NCBI GenBank assembly: GCA_018985225.1
Contig: JADGIF010000007.1
Span: 15,771-47,770, forward strand
From: Amoeboradix gromovi X-113
Taxonomy: Eukaryota; Fungi; Sanchytriomycota
Length of the DNA: 32,000 nt
Direction: 5' to 3'
The position numbers were made by a program, and so were the translations under genes. This document shows positions 10,830-21,978 of this stretch, piece after piece (position 1 is the first letter of the stretch; the number at the start of each line of letters is the position of its first letter). The notes beneath the pieces were generated by a model. That model ran no database searches. It was not told the DNA's origin and was given only the letters and a program-made list of their open reading frames with translations.

Positions 10830-11130
10830 ACATCTTGACTGATTTGATGGGCCGGATGTCATTGGGATGAAAAGACCTTCGGGAGCTGCTGCTGGACATG
10901 GCGACTTTGAAAGTATGACTTGGCTACATGCAAATAAATGTCCTTGGAGCAAATGGACTTTCATGGCTGCTACCAGACATGGAAATTTGGACAATATGAA
11001 GTGGCCACTGAGAAATAATTGTCTTTGGTACCGCAAAACTTTCAAAGTTGCTGCTTTGTTTGATAATCTAGATAATGTGCAATGGCTACATGAGTCCGGG
11101 TGTGATTTCATATGGCTAGTTTTAAATTAG
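10830..11130 (+). pseudogene. Ankyrin-repeat gene relic of the AA..G.L..L.WL..NGCPW type
   Basis: Three to four ~25-aa repeats: GCHWDEKTF/AAAGHGDFESMTWLHANKCPWSKWTFMAATRHGNLDNMKWPLRNNCLWYRKTFKVAALFDNLDNVQWLHESGCDF. Frameshift near 10880 and TGA at 10840-10842. Confidence 0.8.
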
Positions 11131-11379
11131 AGAGTTGGGAAATAACTTTGAATCGTAATTTTACCGCCTATCAGAAATGACCAACAGATAATATTTTGAA
11201 AGAGTTTAATATTAAAGAATATGTAACCGCTTTCTATGAGCTATTAAGTCATACGGGATTGAAAGACGAGATAACATATCCTTCAAGCTTTTATGGATAG
11301 ATTTAGACAAACTTACCCACCTAAGTAAATAATTTGCTTTAAAATTAAAAAAATATTTGAGTTTATTTTGGATACTCCG

Positions 11380-12310
11380 AATAAGATTCCAATAAGACAT
11401 ATTCTTGGCCTTGATCAGATCAGTTTTCTTTCGTACTGTCAAGGTAGACGATTAAAGTGATTCTGGAGGGAATTGAAAAAAGTCAGAGTCGGGTGCATTC
11501 AACTCCAATTCGTGTCTGCTCAAGTTGACTGTGACAGTCTCGAAGTCTGACACCAGTTTCTTCAAGATGACACGTCCTGGTACCTCTCTTTTAAATTGAA
11601 AAAAATGATATCCTCCAATTCCAGGAGTATCATCAAAGTAGTGATTCAATTTGGAGCGATAATGATTGAGCCGTCTGCTTGTAAAAATTTACACTCATTC
11701 CCAGTTGCAGTCGTTTGAATAAGCGCTTGACTTGGTCCACATTAAATACATACCGCAAATAAATCGCTTCTCAATCGTGTCACATTTACCAGAAAGACAC
11801 AGTCAAGCCAATAAATTTATCATCTTGTTTTTATTTTGCCCGATACAATTACCTGGAAAAAATCAGATGGCATATTTGATCATAAGATAGCAGGAAAATA
11901 TAATCGAACAAAAGACTTACCACATTGTCATCACCTTTCTTACCATGATCTTTTCTGAAAATATGGTTCAACTGCTACATCTTCGTTTCATTGCAAACAC
12001 TAAGCAATTACACGTTCAGCAGTGGAAGGAATACAATTCTGATGGCGGATCCTTAAAATCGTAGTAGTACCAAATTCTGACTACAATCAAAAGAAAGATA
12101 GGTCACATTGGCCATGTTTTTACATCGATTGTATTCCAGTGGCGCTATTTTGGCGTGACTCAGATGTTTTGGAATGTCTCTTGTCAAATCAATCAAACCG
12201 TTTCAGACTCGGTTTTATTTCATGTTGTTTTTAATGTTGGAAGTGTTTGCACATGTCTGACCGAATCCAAATCATCTCAAAGCCACGACAGAGAAGACGA
12301 AAAATCTCGA
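11380..12310 (-). mobile_element. Degenerate Sola-like (DUF7869-type) DDE DNA-transposon transposase relic
   Basis: Broken minus frames give, in order: RSDMCKHF; PPSELYSF; VCNETKM*QLNHIFRKDHGKKGDDNVVSLLFDYI; GNCIGQNKNKMINLLA*LC (DNCxGQNKN motif); HYFDDTPGIGGYHFFQF...PGRVILK. Multiple stops and frameshifts. No TIRs identified. Confidence 0.7.
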
Positions 12311-12853
12311 ATTTAGTCTGGATGGCGTCTTCGGAATGTAAGTGTATATCATGCAAACAAGAAATGGTGTCGTCACTTTTAAACCATAAACAAATGACAA
12401 ATATTGTTCAGTGAGCATTGTTGTATAGATATTGTATTTCAGTTTTTAGTTCACCATGTATTTCTGCAAAAATGAAAATTAACTCTTTGATACATGCATT
12501 TTTTGTCATGAATTCGAGATTTAAATTTGTTGAGAGATCACTGGTTACATTCCAAGTAGATCAAGTAGTCATCTGTAGAGTTGATAAGGTCGATCAAGGC
12601 TTTACTCAAGCATATTAAGCTTAAATGGCAGTAAATAAAAAGTTGTATGAAAATTCATCATTGGTCTCGTTATCGTAGAGTAATTCATTTGAAACCAATC
12701 CTTGTCTCGTTTTCACAGTGTAAAGCCATAGTTGCATATACTATCGAATTATTTGAAAAGATTTATACCTATAAACATCAAACAAGGATCAGTAAATACT
12801 GCCGGATAACCTCTATTCCAAATTACCAATTTTAGTTTTTCGAAACATTTGAG

Positions 12854-14169
12854 ATGGTCTACATGTCACAGTCTGTCCTCGAACATATTAAAAATACAGG
12901 GCACCCATTCCATCAGATTCTAATGGAATTTTATAGTTCCGAATTTAAAAGTTTTGACAATACCTGCATTTTATTTTCTATAGTTGAATTTGAACCAAAT
13001 GAGACATGGAACTTAGTTACGATCTCGGGAGTGTTTGGCATGCAAAAGATTAATGAGTGGACTAAATTTTGCAATAAAATTGTAAAACAGAATACAGAAG
13101 ACTCCAATAAAAATGAAGTTCCAGTATTAGCCTGTTTAAAAGGCTCTTGGACTAAATGGTGTTTTTCGACAGAGGTTTATGTTAAATCCTTGCATGAAAA
13201 CGACAATAAAACTCCCAAAGAAAGTCTAATTAATGAAATTGTAAGACGAGAAGTTGATGTATACCAACGTGTTGTCAAAGAACTTACTAAGGTAAACAGA
13301 AGTTCACTTGAGTCTTTAATGGGGGTTGCAAATGAAATCTTAAAAAGCCATTTTAAGGACGATCTATTTTTACGTGATTATGATATAGAGGAAGTGTACC
13401 TCAAAATGATAAACAGAAGATACTGTAAAATGTTTCAGCAGAAAGTTCGAATATCATCCATTAAGAAATTACAAAACGAATTTGATCAAGAATGGCACAG
13501 GGCTGATGAAGGTTTTGATATTAATACGTATGAATACATAGTCAAGTCGTTTTTGATATCTAAATTTGCTAACAACACCACTTCAAAAGCCGATACACCA
13601 CGAGTTTCAATTGAATTGTTAGTTGAGAAGATGCTAGGAGATAGAATTCACATTTGGAGGAGTGATAGATGCGAAAAAGGTGCAAAATTGAAAGAGATTT
13701 TAAATGATATTAAGGATTCTATAGAAGAATTTGATGCAAGTAAAAGTTACGATAAAAAATGTTGCATATTTTTTGGCTTGTTACAAGACTTGAACTCAAA
13801 AGTTTGCGATAGTTTTAAGAATGGTGGTATTTATTGATTAACGAAGATCGATTGGGTATTATTGATGACATTGTTACATATATAGAAAACTGTAAGCTTT
13901 TTGGCTTCTCGATTTTGAATACATATTTGCAGTGTGCAGAGGTGAATGAGGTTAGAGCAATGAAAGGTTATTTGAAGAAAAAAAGCTTTAAGATCAAGAA
14001 TCATGATGTTTATACTATGCGATATGGTGAGATTAAAGAGAATTGTGTTAAGGTGAGTAATGAAACTATTAAAAGTGGTGAATTTCGAGGATTTCATTTG
14101 AAAAAATTGAAGGCTTGTCCTGTATGCAAAATATGGTATCCTGCTGCGATTTCTGAATTAAAAAATTAG
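12854..14169 (+). CDS. Hypothetical 431-aa protein, two exons (12854..13826, 13847..14169); weak resemblance to a VPS9-like helical domain; C-terminal CxxC
   Basis: ORFs 12854..13837 and 13834..14169 are joined in frame by removing a 20-nt GT-AG intron (...KNG-D-RLGII...). The VPS9 resemblance is a weak impression only. Confidence 0.6.
13827..13846 (+). other. 20-nt spliceosomal intron GTATTTATTGATTAACGAAG
   Basis: GT-AG ends, TTAAC at the same distance from the 3' end as in the other introns, removes an in-frame TGA and joins the two ORFs in frame. Confidence 0.7.
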
Positions 14170-14866
14170 CGCATCGAGTAAATAAGTCCATCAATAACCA
14201 AGCAAAAACTAAAATCAACTATTCTATTAAGTAAATTATTAAAATCTGTGAGCTATTCTTTAATTTTGAAGTCTTAAAAGACAAATATAGTCACTACCAG
14301 TGATACTGACAACAATGTAGAGGTGAAATTGGTACTTGAAAAAATACTTGAAAAGAAACTGTCTCCATTTCATTTCGTCGAGTTTGTATTTGAAAATGAA
14401 TCGAAAGCATAATACTTGACAGTTTATATATTTTCCTGCTGAAATGAAATTGCGGAGGTGTCCAATATGCTCTATGCCTTATTATGATACGAAAAGAAAC
14501 TCAGAAGCTCACCTATTGCCTTTCTTTACTCTTGCATTCAAAAAAATGACTCAAATTCTCAAGTGTTTAGACCTGTTCTTGTAAATACAAAGTCTAATTT
14601 TATATTTAACGTTATATCTCTTAATGAGTCCAGATCTGCATTACTTGAAGTTGTTCACTTTGTCTACTTTTACATGATGTCTCAAAATGTTTTTTCCTAC
14701 TTTTTCTCCTGGTTGTATGAATCTAATCCCAGAGCCATTAATGTCTTGTACAAGAGTAAGGCCGCAGGCATCTTGAGCATCGCACATCTCAACGGACTCT
14801 GATATTTGCTTTAAATATGTTCTTTGTATTCAACACGTCCAATCTGTGTCACGTCCCGTCAAACAA

Positions 14867-17204
14867 ATGAATTTTGAATTCAGAAATAGATCTGCAGGTA
14901 GGAAACTAGAAGAACAATACATTGACGTTCATGATTATAAAAGAGAAGATTTATTAGAAGCACCTTTGATTCAAAAATATGCCCATGTGGAGGAATATGA
15001 TAAAGAATTTTATCACAATTTATTCTGGGTTGGTCTTTACACTGTTCTTGGTGTAATTACTAGAATGTATAACATAAGCGTATCCAATAGGGTTACATGG
15101 GATGAAGCTCATTTTGGTAAATTCGGTTCGTACTACCTCGGTCAATCATTTTATTTCGACGTCCATCCACCTCTTGGAAAGATGCTCGTGGCTCTGGGCA
15201 TGCTTTTAAGTGGCTATACGGGGGGCTTCGGATTTGAGAGCGGTCATGAATACGGTGATGTGAATTATGTGGGCATGCGCATATTTTGTGCTATATTTGG
15301 CAGTTTACTAGTCCCTTTGACATATTTAATCGCCAAGGAACTACCTATAACCACATTTAGCAAACATCTAACCACGTGGCTGGTGTTATTTGAGGTTGGA
15401 TTAAATGTGATTACAAGATTTATTTTATTGGATCCTTTCCTGTTGTTCTTTACGGCAACCAGCTTGTATTGTTTTGTGAAAACTTTAAAGTATCCACTTG
15501 GAATAGACAAATTTGTCTGGATGACTCTGCTTGGCATTTCTCTTGGCTGTGTTGCTAGTATTAAGTGGGTAGGATTTTTCTTTATTGCTCTAGTGGGGTT
15601 CAATACAATTTATGAACTCTGGGAGCATTGGGGTGATCTAAATCTTCCACTACCAACTTATGGCTTGCACTGGGCTAGTAGGATAATATCTTTAATTTTT
15701 GTACCCATAACCGTGTATGTCATTATGTATGTTATTCATTTTACCATTCTAACTAATTCTGGAAATGGTGATAGCCACATGTCTTCTTTATTTCAGGCTT
15801 CCCTTAAGGGCACTGATCTTAATCGTAATCCACTCTACATCGTTTATGGCTCTACTATAACTGTTAAGAATACAGCTTATAGTGGTGGTCTGCTCCATAG
15901 TCATCCACATAGTTATCCACAAGGCAGTAAACAGCAGCAAATAACTGCATATCATTTCAGGGATGATAATAACCAATGGACTCTTTTTCCTGCCAAGCAT
16001 GGCTCCTTTGTGCCCATATACAAGTCCGATGAATCAACGGAATATAACGAGCAACTCAAGCAGTCTCTGACTTACCTTCGCCATTTGGATGAAGTACGGT
16101 TAGTGCATAAGTCGACAGATCGTAATTTGCACTCGCATCCAGTTAGTGCTCATGTAAGCAAACATGCTTGGGAAGTGAGTGCGTATGGAAACAATACTTT
16201 TGGGGATTCAAATGATGTTTGGGTGTTTGAGATTGTGCAAGAAACCAAGCCAAACGGAGACATAGATTTTAATGAAATGGATGCAGACTATCCTTTAATA
16301 GGAGACCCGGTAAAACCTGCATTAAAAGAATTAAATCGTAAAATAAAGGCTTTAACAACTCAATTTAGACTGAGACACAAGAACAGCGGTTGTTATCTAG
16401 CTACACATCCTAAAGCATACCCAGAATGGGGATTCAAACAGCATGAGGTTATGTGCTTGCGGGAAACCCAGTTAAGTTCAAAAGTCATATGGAATATAGA
16501 GCACCACTATAATGACCTGTTACAGCCAGGTACACCTAGAAACTACAAAACATCGATGTGGAGAGATATAATACATCACAACGTAGCACAGTGGGCTAGT
16601 AACAATGCTCTGGTAGCTGATCCAGATAAAGAATGGGATGGGCTAACAAGCAATGCTGACGACTGGCCATTGATGAAGAGAGGAATAAGAATGTGTGGAT
16701 GGGAAGATGACAAATACAAGTATTACATGTTTGGGAATCCCCTTGTTTGGATACCATCATTTTTAGCCATTGTGGCGTATGTGGTCACCTTTGGATATTA
16801 TTTGTTGTTGAGGAAAAGGAGACTGGTTTATTGGACTAACGGTAACAAATTTTAACGTAGAAGAATGGCTTAACTTCACAATATTCGGCAGAGTATTTGT
16901 GTGCGGATATATACTGCATTACTTGCCATTCTTTTTGATGGGAAGGGTGCTATACTTGCACCACTACTACCCGTCACTTTACTTTAGTATATTTGTAAAC
17001 GTGTACATGTTAGACTTCTACTTCTTACAGCAGGAAGGAATAAAGAAGATTGCAGGATATTTAATAGTAGGAGCATATGCAGCAAGCGTATTGATAGGAT
17101 TTTATTTGTTTTCTCCATTAGCGTTTGGATTTAATTACCCGAGTTCAGACTTGTCTAGTTTGAATTGGATCAGTACTTGGCATTTTGCAAAAGAGGCTAA
17201 ATAG
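14867..17204 (+). CDS. PMT2: Dolichyl-phosphate-mannose:protein O-mannosyltransferase, Pmt2 subfamily (772 aa; exons 14867..16841, 16861..17204)
   Basis: WDEAHFGKFGSYY and FFDVHPPLGKML-type loop-1 motifs typical of Pmt2; MIR domains (LLHSH..YP.GSKQQQIT, NLHSH, FRLRH); C-terminal HYLPFFLMGRVLYLHHYYPSL. First in-frame ATG at 14867. Confidence 0.93.
16842..16860 (+). other. 19-nt spliceosomal intron GTAACAAATTTTAACGTAG
   Basis: Removal joins the two PMT ORFs in frame (YWTN-E-EWLNF...VCGYILHYLPF). Confidence 0.92.
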
Positions 17205-17352
17205 TACAAATAAATAAAACTACACTGTATTTGAGTTGAAATTCCTCATGTTAAAATTATGGTATATTTATTTTGTTTGTTTACACAAGTATAACTTACT
17301 GGTATCAAGGTATTCAGTACTGGATATAAACATCCAGACATTCGTTAGGTAT

Positions 17353-17748
17353 TTAATCTTCCTCGCCTTGGTATGATGGACAGCTCTTCAAGTGCCGTTG
17401 CAGTAAATCCTTTCGACCTTTTGTTTTCAAAAGTTTACCACAATATTGACATGGCTCTGGGGAAGAGTGTACATTCCGAACATGCCTATTCCTTTCAAAA
17501 GCAGTTTTAAACTTACGCGGACAGGAGTCAAATGTACATTTATAAAAATACTCACTGTCTGTGTCTAAAGGTTCATCTGATTTAACCGCTTCGTGAATAT
17601 CGTATGCAAGCGGATGTATAAGTGTCTCATTATCTGAAGTACTTACTACAGTTCCACCTGACGATCTTCTAAAAACTGCCTTTGATTTGGGAGAAAACAA
17701 ATCTAATTCAACAGGAATTGAAGGATTGTCCGATTTATTTGGATTCAT
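17353..17748 (-). CDS. Small C2H2 zinc-finger protein
   Basis: YKCTFDSCPRKFKTAFERNRHVRNVH (C2H2) followed by CQYCGK...LLQRHLKSC (C2HC). First in-frame ATG at 17748. Confidence 0.85.
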   Translation of the reverse strand: MNPNKSDNPSIPVELDLFSPKSKAVFRRSSGGTVVSTSDNETLIHPLAYDIHEAVKSDEPLDTDSEYFYKCTFDSCPRKFKTAFERNRHVRNVHSSPEPCQYCGKLLKTKGRKDLLQRHLKSCPSYQGEED

Positions 17749-18209
17749 GCTGGCCGGGGTATATAACGACAAGTGGATATTTCATGGATTTCTTTATATA
17801 CAGTAGTAGACTTACTTGATTGGTAGTGACGAAACCAGTTATGGTTGATTTGACGGAATGCATAGCCATTTCGAATGATGGCTATATATGCCAATTATGT
17901 ATTTATTGTTAATTTCACCCGCAGCATGACGCATTTGCAACCTATCTCTAAATGGCATGCTTTGATAGCACAAATTTCCAAGGTTAGTTTGGCTCAAAAT
18001 GAAGATGCCGGTCTGAAACTAGTGGAGTTCATACAAGTTTCACTCTTGATTAAACTAAAAACAAAATTTAATTTGAGAAACAAGTAAGATCGTTACAGTT
18101 GAATGAACATGGTCGCTATAGTTGCGCAAAAAAGCTTACTAGCAGTATCCCACACAAGATAAACTTTTCGTAAAATGAGGACGAGGACAAAATAAAGCAA
18201 ATAATGTAA

Positions 18210-19482
18210 TTAATCCTCTTCATTTATTACATCCACAATAGAGGTCTTTTGAATAACTTGCGAGTCTTCTATGATCGAGGTTTTTGACGATTGATTTGAG
18301 GACGATGTGCTAAAAAATGTTTTATACTTTTCTTTCGGCGACATCAGCTTAGTTTCGTCGTCATTAAGCTGTTTCTCTTGCAATAAGTAGGCTGCAGTGA
18401 ATATTCTACTGGGCCTTGATGCCCTTTCAGTAGGGTCAGCATTAAGTAATTGCCTTGCGGATTCTATAGCTTTTAAATCTATTAGACTTCTTTTATAGCT
18501 TAAAATTGACATATTATCTGCAAGCATCCATGGATGAGTTACTATTTCTGATGTGCTAATCCTCAATTCTGGATCTTTCGTTAAAGCTTTGCGTATCAAA
18601 TCCTGACACTCGTTGCTTAAATCATTAGGCATATCAAACTGTGAATTCATAATCTTTTCGTAAATCTTAAATGGTTCGCCTTGAAATGGAGCCTTTCCTG
18701 TCACCATAACAAATAAAATACATCCTAAAGACCACACATCTACTTTCGTGCCATCATACTCTTGACAATTAAGTATTTCTGGAGCGGCGTATTCTGGCGA
18801 CCCTACAAATGTTTTTAATTTCTTAGAATTTTTAGAGACACCTGCAAAACCAAAATCGATTAGTTTGACGTTTCCACGTTTATCAACCATTATGTTCTCG
18901 GGCTTGATATCACTAAGTTAATGAGTTGTACCGATGAACTATATTTTTAGAGTGACAGTAGCCGATGATGTCTACGATTGTTCGAAAGTAGTACTTAGCC
19001 AGTTCTTCCGGCAACTTGCCGTTATGTTTAATAAAATCAAATAAGTCTTTTTCTGCTAAAGGAAAGATTAGCCAAATTTCATTGTTGTTAAATAGCACAT
19101 CCAATAGCGGTAAAACTGAGGAGTGCGTACTTATAGCACTTAATATTGTAATTTCTTGACACAGTCTGTTATTGTCTTGTTTGTTTCTAATAAGCTGTTT
19201 GCAGGCTATAGTTTGGTTTGTCTTAAGGTGAATCCCTTGGCGCACTTGAGCGAACCCACCTTTTCCCAATAGTTCTAATATTTTATACTCTTTTGAAGGT
19301 AACCTTGTACCTATTTCTTTTAACAGATTGTTGAGATCTGTCTCATTATAGCATTGCTCGCTCAAGTCATCAGAGCTATTGAATTCAAACATTTCAAACT
19401 CAAATAAAATGACCTCTGAAGAGCTGAGCCACTTTTGAAAATAAAAACCAGGCGAAAGCGCGCTAGTATGCAGGAACTCCAT
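18210..19482 (-). CDS. Ser/Thr protein kinase, CAMK group (SNF1/MARK-like), 417 aa; exons 19482..18932, 18912..18210
   Basis: LGKGGFAQV, IACK, HRDIKPENI (restored by splicing), DFG, LKTFVGSPEYAAPE, DVWSLG. The exact start codon is uncertain. Confidence 0.92.
18913..18931 (-). other. 19-nt spliceosomal intron GTACAACTCATTAACTTAG
   Basis: Interrupts the Arg codon (CG|T) of the invariant HRD catalytic loop. Removal gives IVHRDIKPENIMVD. Confidence 0.96.
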
Positions 19483-20051
19483 TTATCATGCAAGTCATCT
19501 GTACTTAACTTCGTATATAGGACATCAATGGTCACTTAATAGATGTCTAAAACCATGTAAAAAAATAAACGATAAATGTTTTGTCAGACTACTGCGCTAC
19601 CTCAAAAATCGGCAGAAATGATACCAATATCAAAAAAGGTGGATCAGGTATATAGAGGAACTGATTCAGGAGAGATGCTGTCTAAATTTATGAAATTCGA
19701 TGAAAGGGGGGGGTGATAGATAGTCGTTTATTATAATTGTGGCAGATGTAAAAACAAGAGAAAGGCTCATTAAATTATCCTAAAGAGAAACTTGTGCATG
19801 TTCTTGGGAGATTAGCATTACGTATCCCTGTACTAGAACATTTAGAGAATGCTTTAGCTGTCATGAGAACAAAGGCCCTCGCTGAAAGAATAGGGATGGT
19901 GAAAAATGGTCGCCTAAATCACATGCTGTAAAATATGTGACAATTTCGCTTGACCAGCGCTGCTTTTTCAAGTTATTTGTTTATGAAATAGTCTGGTTTT
20001 CACAGAGGTGTCCCGTATCCATATTTCTCCTACGAAACATTTTGGAAGCAA

Positions 20052-20816
20052 ATGGAATCTTTCAAAGGTCTTACAATTGAGCTAATCAGTAAAGCAGATA
20101 TCAAATATAAAGGCATATTGCACGAAATTGATCCTGCAAATAGCGAAATTACACTTACTAAAGTAAAATGTCTGGGAAGTGAATCTAAAGGAATAAATGC
20201 AAGTGCAAGAATATTTGATAGTATTAGATTCAAAAGTAGCGATATTAAGGATTTGGTGATTGACGAGAAGGTAGAACAGCAGCAAGTCCAAAAAGTTGAG
20301 AAAGACGTTGGAAATGTTCAGCATAAATCCAAAGTAACTGAATACTCTGGCGATGAAGAGAAGCATTTTGAAAGCAAAACCAAGGGTAAGCCTAGAAGCC
20401 CTAACCGAAATAATCACTCCGTAGAAAGCAGTGAGGTTAAAGAGCAATTGCTAGAAGACAATCGAAGCAATAATCGCACTAGATCATTTAGAGCTAGATA
20501 TAGAGGCAGAGGCCGTGGAAGAGCCCAAAAGCAACATATCCCGAAAGAAGATTTTGATTTTGCCACAAATATTGACAAGTTTCAGAAATTAAATCTTGAG
20601 GAAAAAACTGAAGACAAGGTAGAGAAAGCTTACGATAAGGAATCTTCGTTTTTTGATAGTCTTTCTAATGAGCGCACTACCATCAATAGACATGATGAGC
20701 GACAAATGAATATGGAGACATTTGGAACTAACAAGGTTTATAGACCTCGAAGAAGAGGAAACCGAAGAGGAAATGATCGCTTTAGAGGTGGCGAATCAAA
20801 AATGGATGAAAAATAA
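20052..20816 (+). CDS. SCD6: Scd6/LSM14 (RAP55) P-body translational repressor
   Basis: N-terminal LSm14 domain (IELISKADIKYKGIL), DFDF box (EDFDFATN), FFD box (YDKESSFFDSLS), TFG box (ERQMNMETFG), RG-rich segments. Confidence 0.92.
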   Translation: MESFKGLTIELISKADIKYKGILHEIDPANSEITLTKVKCLGSESKGINASARIFDSIRFKSSDIKDLVIDEKVEQQQVQKVEKDVGNVQHKSKVTEYSGDEEKHFESKTKGKPRSPNRNNHSVESSEVKEQLLEDNRSNNRTRSFRARYRGRGRGRAQKQHIPKEDFDFATNIDKFQKLNLEEKTEDKVEKAYDKESSFFDSLSNERTTINRHDERQMNMETFGTNKVYRPRRRGNRRGNDRFRGGESKMDEK

Positions 20817-20894
20817 ATATCTATAATACTTTCAAGTTTAAATTTTGATTAAAATAAATTTACAAGACTTGACACGTTGAGGCTTTTGTTATCG

Positions 20895-21899
20895 ATGTTT
20901 TTGATATCAAAATTGGAAATTTCACTAGTGCATAAGGGAATATTACAAATAGCAGCTAGTGCATTGTTTACGGTGCTGATGGGAGTATTTGTAAAGCTTC
21001 TGAATCATAAAATACCCAACTCTAACTTGCTAGTCTATAGAGCATTAATACAAGGGATATACTGCTGCATAATTGCAAAGCTGGAAAAGGTAAATTTGAT
21101 GGGATTAAGAATTCATCGTCAGCTGTTAATTTCTCGTGGAGTTCTAGGGGGCTTGCAAATTTACTTCTATTTTTTTTCCATTCAATATTTACCCTTGGCT
21201 ATGGCAACAGCACTATTTATGACTACTCCAATTTACACATTATTCTTGTCTGCGTTGTTTTTAAATGAAAAAATCACTAAACGAAAAAGCCTGGCTGTGC
21301 TTATCTCCATCTTCGGTATCGTATTGGTATCACATCCTTCCACTTGGGCCTCCAATCCAGAGGACTTTTATGGCTCATTGTATGCAATAGGTGAAGCTGT
21401 AGCCACAGCATTCATAATAATAATTATTAAAAAAATCGGAACTGTTCATTATACAGTCTTGGTGTTTTATTTAACCATTTTTATGTTGTTTTTGGGTCTG
21501 TTTATGGCTCTAAATACTGGGTTTTCCGTAATAACCGGATACCAATTTTTCCTGATATTTATGATGGGAACTTGTGCTTTTATTGGTCAAAGCCTACTAA
21601 ATGACGGTGTTCAAAAGGTTACTAGTGTTACTAGTATGACAGTTCGCAGTCTAGATGTGGTATTTGCGTTTGCATTTGGAATCATACTTGGGGACCCTAT
21701 CTCATTAATTGGTATGATTGGATCCGGTCTGGTACTGTTTGGTAGCTACTTGGTAGCTAGTGCACAACATCCTGTATCTAATTTACCGTCAAATCAGATT
21801 TATTATGAAATGAAAAATGAACCTGCAGAGGATATTGTAATTAAAAGTTCAGCTTCAATCGAGCTTTCGAACGAGCACAAAGCTATCATGCACCAGTAA
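20895..21899 (+). CDS. EamA/DMT-superfamily transporter (SLC35G-like)
   Basis: About 10 TM helices in two EamA repeats (LISRGVLG...SIQYLPLAMATALFMTTPIYTLFLSALFLNEK). First in-frame ATG at 20895. Confidence 0.88.
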   Translation: MFLISKLEISLVHKGILQIAASALFTVLMGVFVKLLNHKIPNSNLLVYRALIQGIYCCIIAKLEKVNLMGLRIHRQLLISRGVLGGLQIYFYFFSIQYLPLAMATALFMTTPIYTLFLSALFLNEKITKRKSLAVLISIFGIVLVSHPSTWASNPEDFYGSLYAIGEAVATAFIIIIIKKIGTVHYTVLVFYLTIFMLFLGLFMALNTGFSVITGYQFFLIFMMGTCAFIGQSLLNDGVQKVTSVTSMTVRSLDVVFAFAFGIILGDPISLIGMIGSGLVLFGSYLVASAQHPVSNLPSNQIYYEMKNEPAEDIVIKSSASIELSNEHKAIMHQ

Positions 21900-21978
21900 G
21901 TAAATATGATGTTGTATATCCATAGCTTTTGGTGTTTATTTTTTCGTCTCTTTCTCCTAGGTACCTAAAACATCTAAA

